In this document: in pieces, positions 40,254 through 51,312 of the stretch
How the letters are laid out: each line of letters begins with the position of its first letter
How positions within the stretch are numbered: the stretch's first letter is position 1
Origin: Shigella phage ESh18
Sequence record: ON528728
Reading direction: 5' to 3' (one strand)
Length of the DNA stretch: 64,000 nucleotides
Translations under genes and position numbers: made by a program
Notes under the pieces: generated by a model
Database searches by the model: none
Seen by the model: only the letters and a program-made list of their open reading frames with translations
Told to the model about the DNA's origin: nothing

Positions 40254-41369
40254 ATGGAAAAATTTATGGCAGAGTTTGGACAAGGATATGTCCAAACGCC
40301 ATTTTTATCGGAAAGTAATTCAGTAAGATATAAAATAAGTATAGCGGGTTCTTGCCCGCTTTCTACTGCAGGACCATACGTTAAATTTCAAGATAATCCT
40401 GTTGGAAGTCAAACATTTAGCGCAGGTCTTCATCTAAGAGTTTTTGACCCTTCCACCGGAGCATTAGTTGATAGTAAGTCATATGCTTTTTCGACTTCAA
40501 ATGATACAACATCTGCTGCTTTTGTTAGTTTCATGAATTCTTTGACAAATAATAGAATTGTTGCTATATTAACTAGTGGAAAGGTTAATTTTCCTCCTGA
40601 AGTAGTATCTTGGTTAAGAACCGCAGGAACGTCTGCTTTTCCATCTGACTCTATATTGTCAAGATTCGACGTATCATATGCTGCTTTTTATACTTCTTCT
40701 AAAAGAGCTATCGCATTAGAGCATGTTAAATTAAGTAATAGAAAAAGCACAGATGATTATCAAACTATTTTAGATGTTGTATTTGACAGTTTAGAAGATG
40801 TCGGAGCTACCGGGTTTCCAAGAAGAACGTATGAAAGCGTTGAGCAATTCATGTCAGCGGTTGGTGGAACTAATAACGAAATTGCGCGTTTACCGACTTC
40901 ATCCGCGATAAGTAAACTATCTGACTACAATTTAATTCCTGGTGATGTTCTTTATCTTAAAGCACAGCTATACGCCGATGCTGATTTACTTGCTCTTGGA
41001 ACTACAAATATATCTATCCGTTTTTATAATGCATCAAATGGATATATTTCCTCGACACAAGCTGAATTTACTGGGCAAGCTGGGTCATGGGAATTAAAGG
41101 AAGATTATGTAGTTGTTCCAGAAAACGCAGTAGGATTTACGATATACGCACAGAGAACTGCACAAGCAGGTCAAGGTGGCATGAGAAATTTAAGCTTTTC
41201 TGAAGTGTCAAGAAATGGTGGTATTTCGAAACCCGCTGAATTTGGCGTCAATGGCATTCGTGTTAATTATATCTGTGAATCTGCTTCACCTCCGGATATA
41301 ATGGTACTTCCTACGCAAGCATCGTCTAAAACTGGTAAAGTGTTTGGACAAGAATTTAGAGAAGTATAA
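40254..41369 (+). CDS. 35: gp35 long tail fibre hinge
   Basis: 371 aa; synteny. Confidence 0.85.
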   Translation: MEKFMAEFGQGYVQTPFLSESNSVRYKISIAGSCPLSTAGPYVKFQDNPVGSQTFSAGLHLRVFDPSTGALVDSKSYAFSTSNDTTSAAFVSFMNSLTNNRIVAILTSGKVNFPPEVVSWLRTAGTSAFPSDSILSRFDVSYAAFYTSSKRAIALEHVKLSNRKSTDDYQTILDVVFDSLEDVGATGFPRRTYESVEQFMSAVGGTNNEIARLPTSSAISKLSDYNLIPGDVLYLKAQLYADADLLALGTTNISIRFYNASNGYISSTQAEFTGQAGSWELKEDYVVVPENAVGFTIYAQRTAQAGQGGMRNLSFSEVSRNGGISKPAEFGVNGIRVNYICESASPPDIMVLPTQASSKTGKVFGQEFREV

Positions 41370-41374
41370 ATTGA

Positions 41375-41397
41375 GGGAGCCTTCGGGTTCCCTTTTT
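41375..41397 (+). terminator. terminator hairpin GGGAGCC-UUCG-GGUUCCC plus U-tract after gene 35
   Basis: 7-bp stem with one G-U pair, UUCG loop, then TTTTTCTTT. Confidence 0.7.
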
Positions 41398-41400
41398 CTT

Positions 41401-41408
41401 TATAAATA
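41401..41408 (+). promoter_or_regulatory. late promoter TATAAATA for gene 36
   Basis: TATAAATACTATT 24 nt upstream of the gene 36 ATG. Confidence 0.7.
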
Positions 41409-41431
41409 CTATTAAAATAAAGGGGCATACA

Positions 41432-42097
41432 ATGGCTGATTTAAAAGTAGGTTCAACAACTGGAGGCTCTGTCATTTGGCATCAAGGAAATTTTCCATTG
41501 AATCCAGCCGGTGACGATGTACTCTATAAATCATTTAAAATATATTCAGAATATAACAAACCACAGGCTGCTGATAACGATTTCGTTTCTAAAGCTAATG
41601 GTGGTACTTATGCATCAAAGGTAACATTTAACGGTGGAGTTCAAGTTCCGTATGCTGTAAACAACACAAACCCATGCGGTGTTTATCCAGGTAACGGTGA
41701 TAATGCTACTTTTGCTGTAGCAAATATCGATATTGTTTCGTGGAATGGTATTGGTTTTAAATCATCACAAGGTTCAGCAGCTCGAACTGTTGTAATTAAT
41801 GCACGTAATGGTGATATTAGTACAAAAGGCGTTGTGTCGGCAGCAGGTCAAGTAAGAAGTGATGCGGCTGCTCCTATAGCAGCGAATGACCTTACTAGAA
41901 AGGACTATGTTGATGGAGCAATAAATACTGTTACGGCAAATGCAAACTCTAGGGTGCTACGGTCTGGTGACACCATGATAGGTAATTTAACAGCGCCAAA
42001 CTTTTTCTCGCAGAATCCTGCATCTCAACCTTCACACGTTCCACGATTTGACCAAATCGTAATTAAGGATTCTGTTCAAGATTTCGGCTATTATTAA
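41432..42097 (+). CDS. 36: gp36 long tail fibre distal connector
   Basis: 221 aa as in T4. Confidence 0.85.
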   Translation: MADLKVGSTTGGSVIWHQGNFPLNPAGDDVLYKSFKIYSEYNKPQAADNDFVSKANGGTYASKVTFNGGVQVPYAVNNTNPCGVYPGNGDNATFAVANIDIVSWNGIGFKSSQGSAARTVVINARNGDISTKGVVSAAGQVRSDAAAPIAANDLTRKDYVDGAINTVTANANSRVLRSGDTMIGNLTAPNFFSQNPASQPSHVPRFDQIVIKDSVQDFGYY

Positions 42098-42105
42098 GAG
42101 GACTT

Positions 42106-45100
42106 ATGGCTACTTTAAAACAAATACAATTTAAAAGAAGCAAAACCGCAGGTGCACGTCCTGCTGCTTCAGTATTAGCCGAAGGTGAATTGGCTATAAA
42201 CTTAAAAGATAGAACAATTTTTACTAAAGATGATTCAGGAAATATCATCGATTTAAGCATTTCTGCTGGTGGTAATATCAGTGGTAATATTACTCAAACT
42301 GGTGATTATACACAGACTGGAAAATTTAATTTAATTGGTCCGCAAATTGTAGAAAGCGGTGGATATATTGAGTTTAATTATCGTACTACTGGAAGTGGGG
42401 CTTGGTCCGGTCAACATACTGCGAAAGCTCCAATTTTTGTAGATTTAAGCTCAGCTACTTCCACATCTGAATATAATCCTATAATTAAACAGCGCTTTAA
42501 AGATGGAACTTTTTCATTAGGTACTTTAGTTTCTGAAGGTTCGTTGAAGATTCATTATATCAATGAATCTGGCGATTCGAAATATTGGACGTTTCGACGT
42601 GACGGCGGATTTACTGTTGACGGTGGAGGTTTAGGAGTATCAGGAGGTAGTATAACTACATCTGGAAATATTGCAGCTCTCGGAAATATTACTTCGCCTC
42701 AGATTAATACTAAAAATATTATTTTAGATACAAAAGCATTTGGACAATACGATTCGCAGTCATTAGTTCAATATGTTTATCCTGGAACCGGTGAAGAAAA
42801 CGGTATAAACTATCTTCGTAAAGTTCGAGCTAAATCAGGCGGAACTATTTACCATGAAATCGCTTCAGCTCAAACCGGTAAAAATGATGAAATTTCTTGG
42901 TGGACCGGAAATACACTTACTACTAAATTAATGGGTCTTCGTAATGATGGCGCAATGGTATTACGTCGTTCACTTGCTATTGGCACAATTACCACTGACG
43001 AAAATACTAACAACTATGGTTCTCCTACTCCAATGGGAGAAAGATATATTGCTTTGGGCGATGCTGCCACTGGTTTAAAATACATTAAGCAGGGCGTTTA
43101 TGATTTAGTAGGTAATTGGAATTCTGTTGCGTCTATTACTCCTGATAGTTTCCGTAGTACTCGTAAAGCGATATTTGGACGTTCAGAAGACCAAGGCGGA
43201 ACCTGGACAATGCCTGGAACGAACGCTGCCTTTTTATCAGTTCAAACACAGGCTGATGAAAACACTGCTGGAGACGGCCAGACGCATATTGGCTATAACT
43301 CAGGCGGAAAAATGAACCACTATTTCCGTGGTAAAGGCAAAACTAATATTAATACTCAGGAAGGTATGGAAGTTAATCCGGGTATTTTGAAATTGGTAAC
43401 TGGCTCTAATAATGTAATGTTTTATGCTGATGGCGGTATTACATCTGTTAAGCAGCTTTCAATATATAATGGCATATATTTAGCAGCTAATAATTCTACT
43501 GCTGGGCTAACATTCGCTCCAACTACTACAATTGATGGTACTAAGCAAATTTTGTGGGAAGGCGGTACTCGTGCTGGGCAGAATAAAAGCTATGTAACTG
43601 TTAAAGCGTGGGGTAATTCATTTAACGCATCTGGCGATCGTTCCCGTGAAACAGTTTTTGAGGTAGGTGATGGGCAAGGTTACCATTTTTATTCTCAACG
43701 TGTAGCTCCTGCGCCTGGTTCGACTGTCGGGCCTATTCAACTCCGAGTTAATGGTGGTTTATTAACTTCAGGTAGTATTGTTGCTTCTGGTTCTATTACA
43801 ACCGAATCTTCTTTGAGTGTTAATAATGGCATGTCAGTAAACGGACAAGCTAAATTCGGTGGAACTGCTGATGCATTAAGAATTTGGAATGCCGAATACG
43901 GTGCTATTTTCCGTCGCTCAGAAACAGCATTACATATTATCCCGACTCCTAAAGATGCCGGTGAAAGTGGTGGAATAAGTAATCTCCGCCCACTTAGTAT
44001 TAGTCTTAATAATGGTATGGTACAAATGCGCCATTCTGTTACGTTAGGCGATGATGGCGCTGGCGGTAATATGATTACTGTGGACAACGATACCAAACTT
44101 GTTGTTGTTACTAGTAATAGTCGCATTTCTCCTAATTACCGTATGCAGGTAGGACAAGCAGCTTATATTGATGCTGAATGTACTGACACAGTTCGCCCGG
44201 CTGGTGCAGGGTCTTTTGCTTCACAAAATAATGAAAACGTTCGTGCTCCATTCTATATGAATATTAATCGCACAGATACAAGTACTTACGTTCCTATTTT
44301 GAAACAGCGATATGTCCAAGGAAACAGTTGTTATTCTCTGGGAACTCTAATTAACGGCGGTAACTTCAGAGTTCATTATCATGAAGGCGGCGATGGCGGT
44401 TCGACTGGCGCTATTATAAAGGATTTAGGTTGGGAATTTACCAAAAATGGTGATTTTATATCTCCTAAGCGTGTTTCTGCTGGGGGTTCAGTTTATTTAG
44501 GTACAGACGGCAATATTACAGGTGGTTCTGGCAATTTTGCTAATTTAAACAGTACAATTGAATCACTTAAAACCGATATTGTATCGAGTTACCCAATCGG
44601 TGCTCCTATTCCATGGCCAACGGATACTCCTCCTGACGGTTACGCTATTATGGAAGGCCAGACTTTTGATAAGTCTGCATACCCAAAATTGGCTATGGCT
44701 TACCCATCTGGCGTAATTCCAGATATGCGCGGGCAAACTATTAAAGGTAAACCAAGTGGTCGAGCTGTATTAAGCGCAGAAGCCGATGGTGTTAAGGCTC
44801 ATAGCCATAGTGCATCGGCTTCAAGTACTGACTTGGGTACTAAAACTACGTCGAGTTTTGATTATGGTACTAAGACGACAAGTAGCTTTGACTATGGCAC
44901 TAAGACTAGCAATACCACAGGTAACCACTCTCATACTGTAAGCGGTACTACGAGTTCTGCTGGTGCACACCAACATGCGCGCTCAGGTCCTCAGTTACAA
45001 GCCGGCATACCCAATAACATATTCTATGACGGATATAATAGTGTAGGTGCAAACGCCAACGCTAAAATCACCGGATCTGTGAGCGGTGCTACTGCAGGGT

Positions 45101-45345
45101 CGAATATAGCCAAAACTTCTTCAGACGGTGCTCATACCCATACTTGGTCTGGTACTACAAGCACTACAGGTAACCATGCTCACACAGTAGGTATTGGTGC
45201 TCATACCCATACTGTAGGTATCGGTGCTCATACCCACACGGTAGCAATTGGCTCGCATGGTCATACTATCACTGTAAATAGTACAGGTAATACAGAAAAC
45301 ACGGTTAAAAACATCGCTTTTAACTATATCGTTCGTTTAGCATAA
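42106..45345 (+). CDS. 37: gp37 long tail fibre distal subunit (receptor-recognising tip)
   Basis: 1079 aa; C-terminal His-box repeats and T4-type ending ...[11 protein letters not shown]. Confidence 0.9.
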   Translation: MATLKQIQFKRSKTAGARPAASVLAEGELAINLKDRTIFTKDDSGNIIDLSISAGGNISGNITQTGDYTQTGKFNLIGPQIVESGGYIEFNYRTTGSGAWSGQHTAKAPIFVDLSSATSTSEYNPIIKQRFKDGTFSLGTLVSEGSLKIHYINESGDSKYWTFRRDGGFTVDGGGLGVSGGSITTSGNIAALGNITSPQINTKNIILDTKAFGQYDSQSLVQYVYPGTGEENGINYLRKVRAKSGGTIYHEIASAQTGKNDEISWWTGNTLTTKLMGLRNDGAMVLRRSLAIGTITTDENTNNYGSPTPMGERYIALGDAATGLKYIKQGVYDLVGNWNSVASITPDSFRSTRKAIFGRSEDQGGTWTMPGTNAAFLSVQTQADENTAGDGQTHIGYNSGGKMNHYFRGKGKTNINTQEGMEVNPGILKLVTGSNNVMFYADGGITSVKQLSIYNGIYLAANNSTAGLTFAPTTTIDGTKQILWEGGTRAGQNKSYVTVKAWGNSFNASGDRSRETVFEVGDGQGYHFYSQRVAPAPGSTVGPIQLRVNGGLLTSGSIVASGSITTESSLSVNNGMSVNGQAKFGGTADALRIWNAEYGAIFRRSETALHIIPTPKDAGESGGISNLRPLSISLNNGMVQMRHSVTLGDDGAGGNMITVDNDTKLVVVTSNSRISPNYRMQVGQAAYIDAECTDTVRPAGAGSFASQNNENVRAPFYMNINRTDTSTYVPILKQRYVQGNSCYSLGTLINGGNFRVHYHEGGDGGSTGAIIKDLGWEFTKNGDFISPKRVSAGGSVYLGTDGNITGGSGNFANLNSTIESLKTDIVSSYPIGAPIPWPTDTPPDGYAIMEGQTFDKSAYPKLAMAYPSGVIPDMRGQTIKGKPSGRAVLSAEADGVKAHSHSASASSTDLGTKTTSSFDYGTKTTSSFDYGTKTSNTTGNHSHTVSGTTSSAGAHQHARSGPQLQAGIPNNIFYDGYNSVGANANAKITGSVSGATAGSNIAKTSSDGAHTHTWSGTTSTTGNHAHTVGIGAHTHTVGIGAHTHTVAIGSHGHTITVNSTGNTENTVKNIAFNYIVRLA
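44836..44915 (+). repeat. 30-bp tandem repeat (about 2.7 copies) in gp37, encoding [10 protein letters not shown]
   Basis: ggtactaaaactacgtcgagttttgattat / ggtactaagacgacaagtagctttgactat / ggcactaagact... Confidence 0.8.
45187..45267 (+). repeat. 27-bp tandem repeat (3 copies) in gp37, encoding VGIGAHTHT His boxes
   Basis: gtaggtattggtgctcatacccatact x3 with minor divergence. Confidence 0.8.
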
Positions 45346-45372
45346 GGAGAGGGGCTTCGGCCCCTTCTGAAT
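45344..45372 (+). promoter_or_regulatory. gene 38 split Shine-Dalgarno: SD AAGGAG, hairpin GGGGC-UUCG-GCCCC, 8 nt, AUG
   Basis: Hairpin 45351-45364 between SD and ATG 45373; matches the known T4 gene 38 initiation region. Confidence 0.7.
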
Positions 45373-45924
45373 ATGAAAATATATCATTATTATTTTGACA
45401 CTAAAGAATTTTACAAAGAAGAAAATTACAAACCGGTTAAAGGACTCGGTCTTCCTGCTCATTCAACAATTAAAAAACCTTTAGAACCTAAAGAAGGATA
45501 CGCAGTTGTATTTGATGAACGTACTCAAGATTGGATTTATGAAGAAGACCATCGCGGCAAACGAGCATGGACTTTTAATAAAGAAGAAATTTTTATAAGT
45601 GACATTGGAAGCCCGGTTGGTATAACCTTTGATGAGCCCGGCGAATTTGATATATGGACTGATGACGGTTGGAAAGAAGACGAAACATATAAACGCGTTT
45701 TAATTCGCAATAGAAAAATTGAAGAATTATACAAAGAATTCCAAGTTTTAAATAATATGATTGAAGCTTCTGTCGCGAATAAAAAGGAAAAATTCTATTA
45801 TAAAAACCTTAAGCGGTTCTTTGCTCTTTTAGAAAAGCATGAGCATTTAGGTGGTGAATTCCCTTCATGGCCTGAAAAAGAACGGAAACCTTGGTATAAG
45901 CGTTTATTCAAGCATTACGTATAA
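45373..45924 (+). CDS. 38: gp38 tail-fibre assembly chaperone (T4-type)
   Basis: 183 aa as in T4 gp38. Confidence 0.85.
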   Translation: MKIYHYYFDTKEFYKEENYKPVKGLGLPAHSTIKKPLEPKEGYAVVFDERTQDWIYEEDHRGKRAWTFNKEEIFISDIGSPVGITFDEPGEFDIWTDDGWKEDETYKRVLIRNRKIEELYKEFQVLNNMIEASVANKKEKFYYKNLKRFFALLEKHEHLGGEFPSWPEKERKPWYKRLFKHYV

Positions 45925-45927
45925 ATA
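45920..45927 (+). promoter_or_regulatory. late promoter TATAAATA for holin gene t
   Basis: TATAAATA overlaps the gene 38 stop codon, 18 nt upstream of the t ATG. Confidence 0.65.
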
Positions 45928-45944
45928 TCTTAAAAGGAGGGTCT

Positions 45945-46601
45945 ATGGCAGCACCTAGAATATCATTTTCGCCCTCTGATATTCTGTTTGGTGTTCTAGA
46001 TCGCTTGTTCAAAGATAACGCTACCGGGAAAGTTCTTGCTTCCCGGGTAGCTGTCGTAATTCTTTTATTTATGATGGCGATTGTTTGGTATAGGGGAGAT
46101 AGTTTCTTTGAGTACTATAAGCAATCAAAGTATGAAACATACAGTGAAATTATTGAAAAGGAAAGAAATGCACGCTTTGAATCTGTCGCCCTGGAACAAC
46201 TCCAGATAGTTCATATATCATCTGAGGCAGACTTTAGTGCGGTGTATTCTTTCCGCCCTAAAAACTTAAACTATTTTGTTGATATTATAGCATACGAAGG
46301 AAGATTACCTTCAACAATAACTGAAAAATCACTTGGAGGATATCCTGTTGATAAAACTATGGATGAATATATAGTTCATTTAAATGGACGTCATTATTAT
46401 TCTGACTCAAAATTTGCTTTTTTACCAACTAAAAAGCCTACTCCCGAAATAAACTACATGTACAGTTGTCCATATTTTAATTTGGATAATATCTATGCTG
46501 GAACGATAACCATGTACTGGTATAGAAATGATCATATAAGTAATGACCGCCTTGAATCAATATGCGCTCAGGCGGCCAGAATATTAGGAAGGGCTAAATA
46601 A
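45945..46601 (+). CDS. t: holin
   Basis: 218 aa as in T4 T; single N-terminal TMD then large periplasmic domain. Confidence 0.9.
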   Translation: MAAPRISFSPSDILFGVLDRLFKDNATGKVLASRVAVVILLFMMAIVWYRGDSFFEYYKQSKYETYSEIIEKERNARFESVALEQLQIVHISSEADFSAVYSFRPKNLNYFVDIIAYEGRLPSTITEKSLGGYPVDKTMDEYIVHLNGRHYYSDSKFAFLPTKKPTPEINYMYSCPYFNLDNIYAGTITMYWYRNDHISNDRLESICAQAARILGRAK

Positions 46602-46874
46602 TTATTTGTTCGTATACATCTCTAGATATCGATATACACCCTCAAAACCCTCGTTGAATTCGTCGATGAGGGTTTTCTTATCTTCTTGAGTTAATTCAGA
46701 AACAATTTTACGGAATGAATTCTGATTTAATTTTCTACCTTCATGCGTTACTCCAATCTCATTCAGAAATGCAATAAAATTAGCACGATTCTCAACAATA
46801 TCTTCTCTGGAAAATTTAATCAAAATAGACGCAACGGTAATAATTTCACGAACTGTATCAATGTTTTTATTCAT
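46602..46874 (-). CDS. asiA: AsiA anti-sigma70 factor
   Basis: 90 aa; sequence recognised as T4 AsiA. Confidence 0.9.
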   Translation of the reverse strand: MNKNIDTVREIITVASILIKFSREDIVENRANFIAFLNEIGVTHEGRKLNQNSFRKIVSELTQEDKKTLIDEFNEGFEGVYRYLEMYTNK

Positions 46875-47035
46875 TAACTATACCACTCAATTAGTTGACT
46901 TTGTTATAATATCATCAGACGCTTGATTTGTAAACTGGTCTGTGTTATTTTCTTCAAAAATTTTTTCTACGAATTCCTTGAACGACTTACGTTCCTGAGC
47001 TACATTATGCTCGATTACTTTTTCAAGATTATGAC

Positions 47036-47314
47036 TCATTCGAAATAATCTTCAATTTCATAATCATGGACGTAAATCATTATAGTTTTTAATACATCAT
47101 CAATACTTTTTCCTGGAGCTGGAATTACGTAGAAATATCCTGCTTTTGAGAGGTCTTTATAAGTTCCAATCAAGAAATCATTATTCTCAAGATGTAGTTC
47201 TTCAACTAATTCATTAACAATTGAATGGTATAGGTTTGGTAGAAACTTATATAGCTTTTCTAGAATATCAATTTTGATTGTGTATTGAACCACAGACTGA
47301 GAATCAATAATCAT
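47036..47314 (-). CDS. arn: Arn anti-restriction (McrBC inhibitor)
   Basis: 92 aa as in T4 Arn; synteny next to asiA. Confidence 0.75.
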   Translation of the reverse strand: MIIDSQSVVQYTIKIDILEKLYKFLPNLYHSIVNELVEELHLENNDFLIGTYKDLSKAGYFYVIPAPGKSIDDVLKTIMIYVHDYEIEDYFE

Positions 47315-47598
47315 AGACCTTCCCCTTATGTTTCTGTTTGCGATTAGATTCTTTAAACGCTTTCTTCTTATCCTTATGAACAGAAGCTTTATTAAAATTA
47401 TGTTTTGCGACTAAATTGTTCATAGTGCTGAATTACCTCTCTCAAACATTTGCATGTGAATGAAAACTTTTAGCTACACCACATTCAAATATATGTTCTC
47501 TTAAATCACGTGTATCGGTATATCCCATCTCAACGATAAAATGCCGTATTAGATTTTTATCTTTATCATTGAGAGAATTAAAATAATCGGATTTTGAA

Positions 47599-47895
47599 TT
47601 AATTTCCCTGGCCAAATTGAATCACCTTCAGTTGACGTTTTAATTCTTTTATCATCTCTTCGTTCATCGCAATATAAAGATCGCGTAAAGCAGGTTTTAA
47701 CATTCCATTTACTGGAGAACTAAATGGACATACATAATCTTTTCCTACGAGCTTTTTAGTGAATTCAATATTACAGAACTGAAATGCCGGCTCATTGGTA
47801 TAAATTCCCCAATTAGTTGACATCATTTTATTGGCATATTCCAGTGCCTGGATTTGATTCATAATTCCATCAATTTGAAACTGTTTAATATTCAT
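47599..47895 (-). CDS. hypothetical protein, 98 aa
   Basis: ORF track. Confidence 0.5.
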   Translation of the reverse strand: MNIKQFQIDGIMNQIQALEYANKMMSTNWGIYTNEPAFQFCNIEFTKKLVGKDYVCPFSSPVNGMLKPALRDLYIAMNEEMIKELKRQLKVIQFGQGN

Positions 47896-48356
47896 TAGTA
47901 AAGGTCCTCAGAATAAAGTTCTTTTTCACTACCACCACGTTCAATACGTACTTGTCCAGCGTAAGTTGCAATAATCATTGCTTCTTCACGTGTCCAATAA
48001 TTACTATATTGGTCAATAAACCCTTGGTCATCATCACAAACTTGTTGAGTAACTAATTGAGGTTTAACTACATCTAAAACTTCTGCCATATCTTTAGAAT
48101 AATGACGAGCACCTGGAATAATAAGAGTTCGTCCATCTTTTAATTTAAAACGATTAGCTGCACAGACAATTCGTCGTTGATACTTTTGGTTTTCATCCCA
48201 GTACGCAGTCTGCCAACAGATTTCAGGAACTTCTTTCAGAATATCTTCTTCTGTGCATTTATAACCATGCGCTTTAAATTTTTCAACAAGACTTTCTGGA
48301 GTCTCACGAGATAAAGGCACATTCAGCATTTTTAAACGATTAATAAATGGGTTCAT
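47895..48356 (-). CDS. hypothetical protein, 153 aa
   Basis: ORF track. Confidence 0.5.
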   Translation of the reverse strand: MNPFINRLKMLNVPLSRETPESLVEKFKAHGYKCTEEDILKEVPEICWQTAYWDENQKYQRRIVCAANRFKLKDGRTLIIPGARHYSKDMAEVLDVVKPQLVTQQVCDDDQGFIDQYSNYWTREEAMIIATYAGQVRIERGGSEKELYSEDLY

Positions 48357-48682
48357 TTAAACCATCCTTTAATACGCTGCCACAAAGTTTTCTGTTGAGC
48401 TCTGTTAACACCAATTGAACGAATAACTGGTTGAGATTCCTGGAATTCTTTATAATCGGCAAGGTAAATTTCGTAAGCTGCATCCGTAAATGAACTTATC
48501 GCTGCCATAAAATTATTGCGAATACCTACTGGAGCATCTTTACTTTCACGAATAATCATGTATTTACCAGTCTTAATCTTTACGATAGTTCCAAGATAAG
48601 CTCCGTGGTACCAAATATCCCAACCCTCTTGAGTAGGTTCTGCGCAACGACGAAGTTCATTAACAATTTCTAACTTGTTCAT
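48353..48682 (-). CDS. hypothetical protein, 109 aa
   Basis: ORF track. Confidence 0.5.
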   Translation of the reverse strand: MNKLEIVNELRRCAEPTQEGWDIWYHGAYLGTIVKIKTGKYMIIRESKDAPVGIRNNFMAAISSFTDAAYEIYLADYKEFQESQPVIRSIGVNRAQQKTLWQRIKGWFK

Positions 48683-48692
48683 TATTTATTCC

Positions 48693-49328
48693 TCACAGTT
48701 CAGATGCTACAGTGATTACTGCTTCAATGTTTTCTACTGAGCGTTTAATGTCAAGATACACATTACCGTTTTTAGCGATTTTACATGACATTCCGATGTC
48801 AGTAAATTTCTGAATATGATGTTCCATCATTTTGTATCCAAAAATTCGCATATTTCCGTTGTTATTAATTTCAAAATTGCGAATTCCGTGAGCGCGTTTT
48901 TCTAAAATAGCAAGATAGTTACTGCGGTAAGTTTCAACCTTTTTAAGAACAAATCCATTTTCATCTAAAAGATTTAACATGAAGTCTTTATCTTCTTCCA
49001 TATCGGAAGTAATCTCACGAGCTTTACGAGTCGCTCGTTTTTTCAGTAGTTCAGGAGCATTTTCCTGTGCATATAAAGTTGCCGCATTTGAAATAATATC
49101 CTGAGCTTCACCAGTAATGATTAATCCATCACCAGATTTCTCCACCAGGCCTTTTTTAATCAATACCCCAATATTACTATTAACTACTGCGTTACCTAAA
49201 TCTGGATGCACCTCACGAACTTCTGCAGCTGTAATGAAATCTTTCTTAGCAATGGTAATTAAAATCGCAGCAGTTTTTTCATTCAGAACATCGTTAGAAG
49301 CTTTGATGATGTAAGTTACTTTAGACAT
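48693..49328 (-). CDS. motA: MotA middle-transcription activator
   Basis: 211 aa as in T4 MotA. Confidence 0.9.
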   Translation of the reverse strand: MSKVTYIIKASNDVLNEKTAAILITIAKKDFITAAEVREVHPDLGNAVVNSNIGVLIKKGLVEKSGDGLIITGEAQDIISNAATLYAQENAPELLKKRATRKAREITSDMEEDKDFMLNLLDENGFVLKKVETYRSNYLAILEKRAHGIRNFEINNNGNMRIFGYKMMEHHIQKFTDIGMSCKIAKNGNVYLDIKRSVENIEAVITVASEL

Positions 49329-49369
49329 TTTCTAATCTCCGTAATTCTGTATCAGTAGTTGATAGTTGT

Positions 49370-49399
49370 ATAGTACCACAGTATGCTTTGGTTGTAAAC
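49370..49399 (-). promoter_or_regulatory. early promoter for motA: -35 GTTTAC, 18-bp spacer, -10 TACTAT
   Basis: Minus strand GTTTACaaccaaagcatactgtggTACTATACAACTATCAACTAC. Confidence 0.6.
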
Positions 49400-49429
49400 C
49401 GTTTTGTGAAAAATTTTTAAAATAAAAAA

Positions 49430-49449
49430 GGGAGAGCCTCGGCTCTCCC
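49430..49449 (-). terminator. terminator hairpin GGGAGAGCC/GGCUCUCCC with U-tract
   Basis: 9-bp GC-rich inverted repeat followed on the minus transcript by UUUUUUAUUUU. Confidence 0.7.
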
Positions 49450-49454
49450 TAAAA

Positions 49455-49604
49455 TTACTGCATGACTGTGATAACTGTCATGATAACACGTTGAATTCCG
49501 AACGCAAGAAGACCTCCTGCTACGGCTGGGACAACGCCTAAACCCGCCAGTAAAATGCTACCAGATACTAATGCAGCGCTTGTGATACCAATGAATGGAC
49601 TCAT
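49455..49604 (-). CDS. small hydrophobic membrane peptide, 49 aa
   Basis: ATGA overlap with gene 52 stop; SD GAGGAAA; single TMD; below ORF-track cutoff. Confidence 0.5.
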   Translation of the reverse strand: MSPFIGITSAALVSGSILLAGLGVVPAVAGGLLAFGIQRVIMTVITVMQ

Positions 49605-50929
49605 TTGATTTCCTCTAAATCTTTGGTGTATTCGGTAACTACATCAGTAGTTTTCCAATATTCGTTTTCTTCTTTTTTAGCTTTAGCTTCTTCAGCAAGT
49701 TTCTTTGCTTCGTCGGAAGTCATATGAAAAATATTCATTCCAACTAGTTTATCAACATAAGAAGAATACATATCGATTTTCGAAAGTTCTTCGGTCAGTT
49801 CTTTACGAGTTTTACCCTGTACAACAATTTCACCTGAAATTACTTTCTTAATGAAATGTGCCTTGGCAAAGGCTAAACGAAAAGCTGATTCAGTTTCTTT
49901 AATTTTGTTATCAATTCGTTTTTGGACATAAGTTTTACGAACTTCAACAAAGTCTTTAATTAAATCGACTACGTTATCATAAACTTGCAGCTTTCCTTTC
50001 TCATTAATGACGGTAATATTCTGAGAACGACGCTCAATCAACCCGAAGTCTTTCATAATTTTTGCATGGCGTTCTTCTTCATTATCGCTCAAAGAATATT
50101 CTTTACGGAATTTAACTTTGAATCCAAAACCATGCTCACCGCAAGCATCATCCCATGTAATGAAGCCTTTATCTTCAAGTGGGTCTAAGATTTTACTCAC
50201 ATAAGTTTCACGATCATACTTATACGGAATCTCAGTGATATGCATTTGAGTTCGTGAAGTAAACTTATATGTTCCACGAATTTCATATTGACCGTCAATC
50301 TCAACGACTTCACCACGAAATTCTGGGAATTCTACCTTCGGTTTAGTTACTTTCTTTCCTTGAAGAGCTTGTAGTACAGCTTTCTTGACAGAAGAAACAC
50401 TATGAGGAAGAATGTAAGTTGCATAACCAGTTGCAATACCGGAAACACCATTAAGAAGAACAGTAGGAATAATAGGCAAATAGAAAGCAGGCGGAATGTG
50501 TTCTTTATCTTGATGTACCGGAGCATATTCAGTATCTTTATATACGTTATAGAAATTTTTACTTACACGAGCAAAAATATAACGACTTGCTGCTGCTTTT
50601 TGAACGGTACGAGAACCGAAATTTCCTTGACCATCTAACAGAGGAAAGTTATTATTCCAAGTGTTAGCCATCAAAGCACCTGCGTCTTGCGCAGAGTTTT
50701 CACCATGATGATATCCAAGGTCTGCTACACCACCTGCAATAGAAGCAAGTTTGTGAAACTTATCTTTATTTCCTCGCGCCAAATCAAGAGCTCGAGCAAT
50801 AACAAATCGTTGAACTGGCTTAAATCCATCAATCATATTTGGGATAGCACGATTTTCAACCGTGTACATAGCATAAGCCAATGCTTCATTATCAATGATA
50901 CTTTTTAAATCGCGATTATTCAGTTGCAT
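49601..50929 (-). CDS. 52: gp52 DNA topoisomerase II medium subunit (GyrA-like)
   Basis: 442 aa as in T4 gp52; active-site region YHHGE. Confidence 0.9.
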   Translation of the reverse strand: MQLNNRDLKSIIDNEALAYAMYTVENRAIPNMIDGFKPVQRFVIARALDLARGNKDKFHKLASIAGGVADLGYHHGENSAQDAGALMANTWNNNFPLLDGQGNFGSRTVQKAAASRYIFARVSKNFYNVYKDTEYAPVHQDKEHIPPAFYLPIIPTVLLNGVSGIATGYATYILPHSVSSVKKAVLQALQGKKVTKPKVEFPEFRGEVVEIDGQYEIRGTYKFTSRTQMHITEIPYKYDRETYVSKILDPLEDKGFITWDDACGEHGFGFKVKFRKEYSLSDNEEERHAKIMKDFGLIERRSQNITVINEKGKLQVYDNVVDLIKDFVEVRKTYVQKRIDNKIKETESAFRLAFAKAHFIKKVISGEIVVQGKTRKELTEELSKIDMYSSYVDKLVGMNIFHMTSDEAKKLAEEAKAKKEENEYWKTTDVVTEYTKDLEEIK

Positions 50930-50933
50930 AAAT

Positions 50934-51074
50934 TTACCATACTAGTGAATGTAGTGCCATAATAACATCAGAAATGAAAAGCACGACTTGAATTAATCCG
51001 AACATTACTCCGTAATATAGTGCTACCAATAAAGTAGCAAGGGCTAATGAATAGCCCAAGATTTTCTTAATCAT
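50934..51074 (-). CDS. small hydrophobic peptide, 46 aa
   Basis: Start overlaps upstream stop (ATGATTAA); one TMD; below cutoff. Confidence 0.4.
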   Translation of the reverse strand: MIKKILGYSLALATLLVALYYGVMFGLIQVVLFISDVIMALHSLVW

Positions 51075-51225
51075 TAGTAGATAACAACACAAATGTTAAA
51101 TATGCACACATACCCTGGGCTAAAGCTTGTGAAAACACACTGCTAGCATCGATACAGATAGTTAAAACACATGCTACTATCCAACAAATAAATGAAATAA
51201 CTCCTAATAATTTTGCGATATTCAT
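51067..51225 (-). CDS. small hydrophobic peptide, 52 aa (ac-like position)
   Basis: SD GAGGAAAAT before ATG 51225; two hydrophobic segments; below cutoff. Confidence 0.4.
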   Translation of the reverse strand: MNIAKLLGVISFICWIVACVLTICIDASSVFSQALAQGMCAYLTFVLLSTND

Positions 51226-51237
51226 ATTTTCCTCACT

Positions 51238-51253
51238 GGCGTCCGAAGACGCC
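51238..51253 (-). other. C(UUCG)G hairpin GGCGUC-UUCG-GACGCC in a 5' leader
   Basis: 6-bp stem with UUCG loop immediately upstream of the SD of the 52-aa peptide ORF. Confidence 0.5.
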
Positions 51254-51312
51254 TTTGGTTTTAAGATTGTTACGATAGAACTGCATCACATGTTCATTAT
51301 GGAAATTACTCA

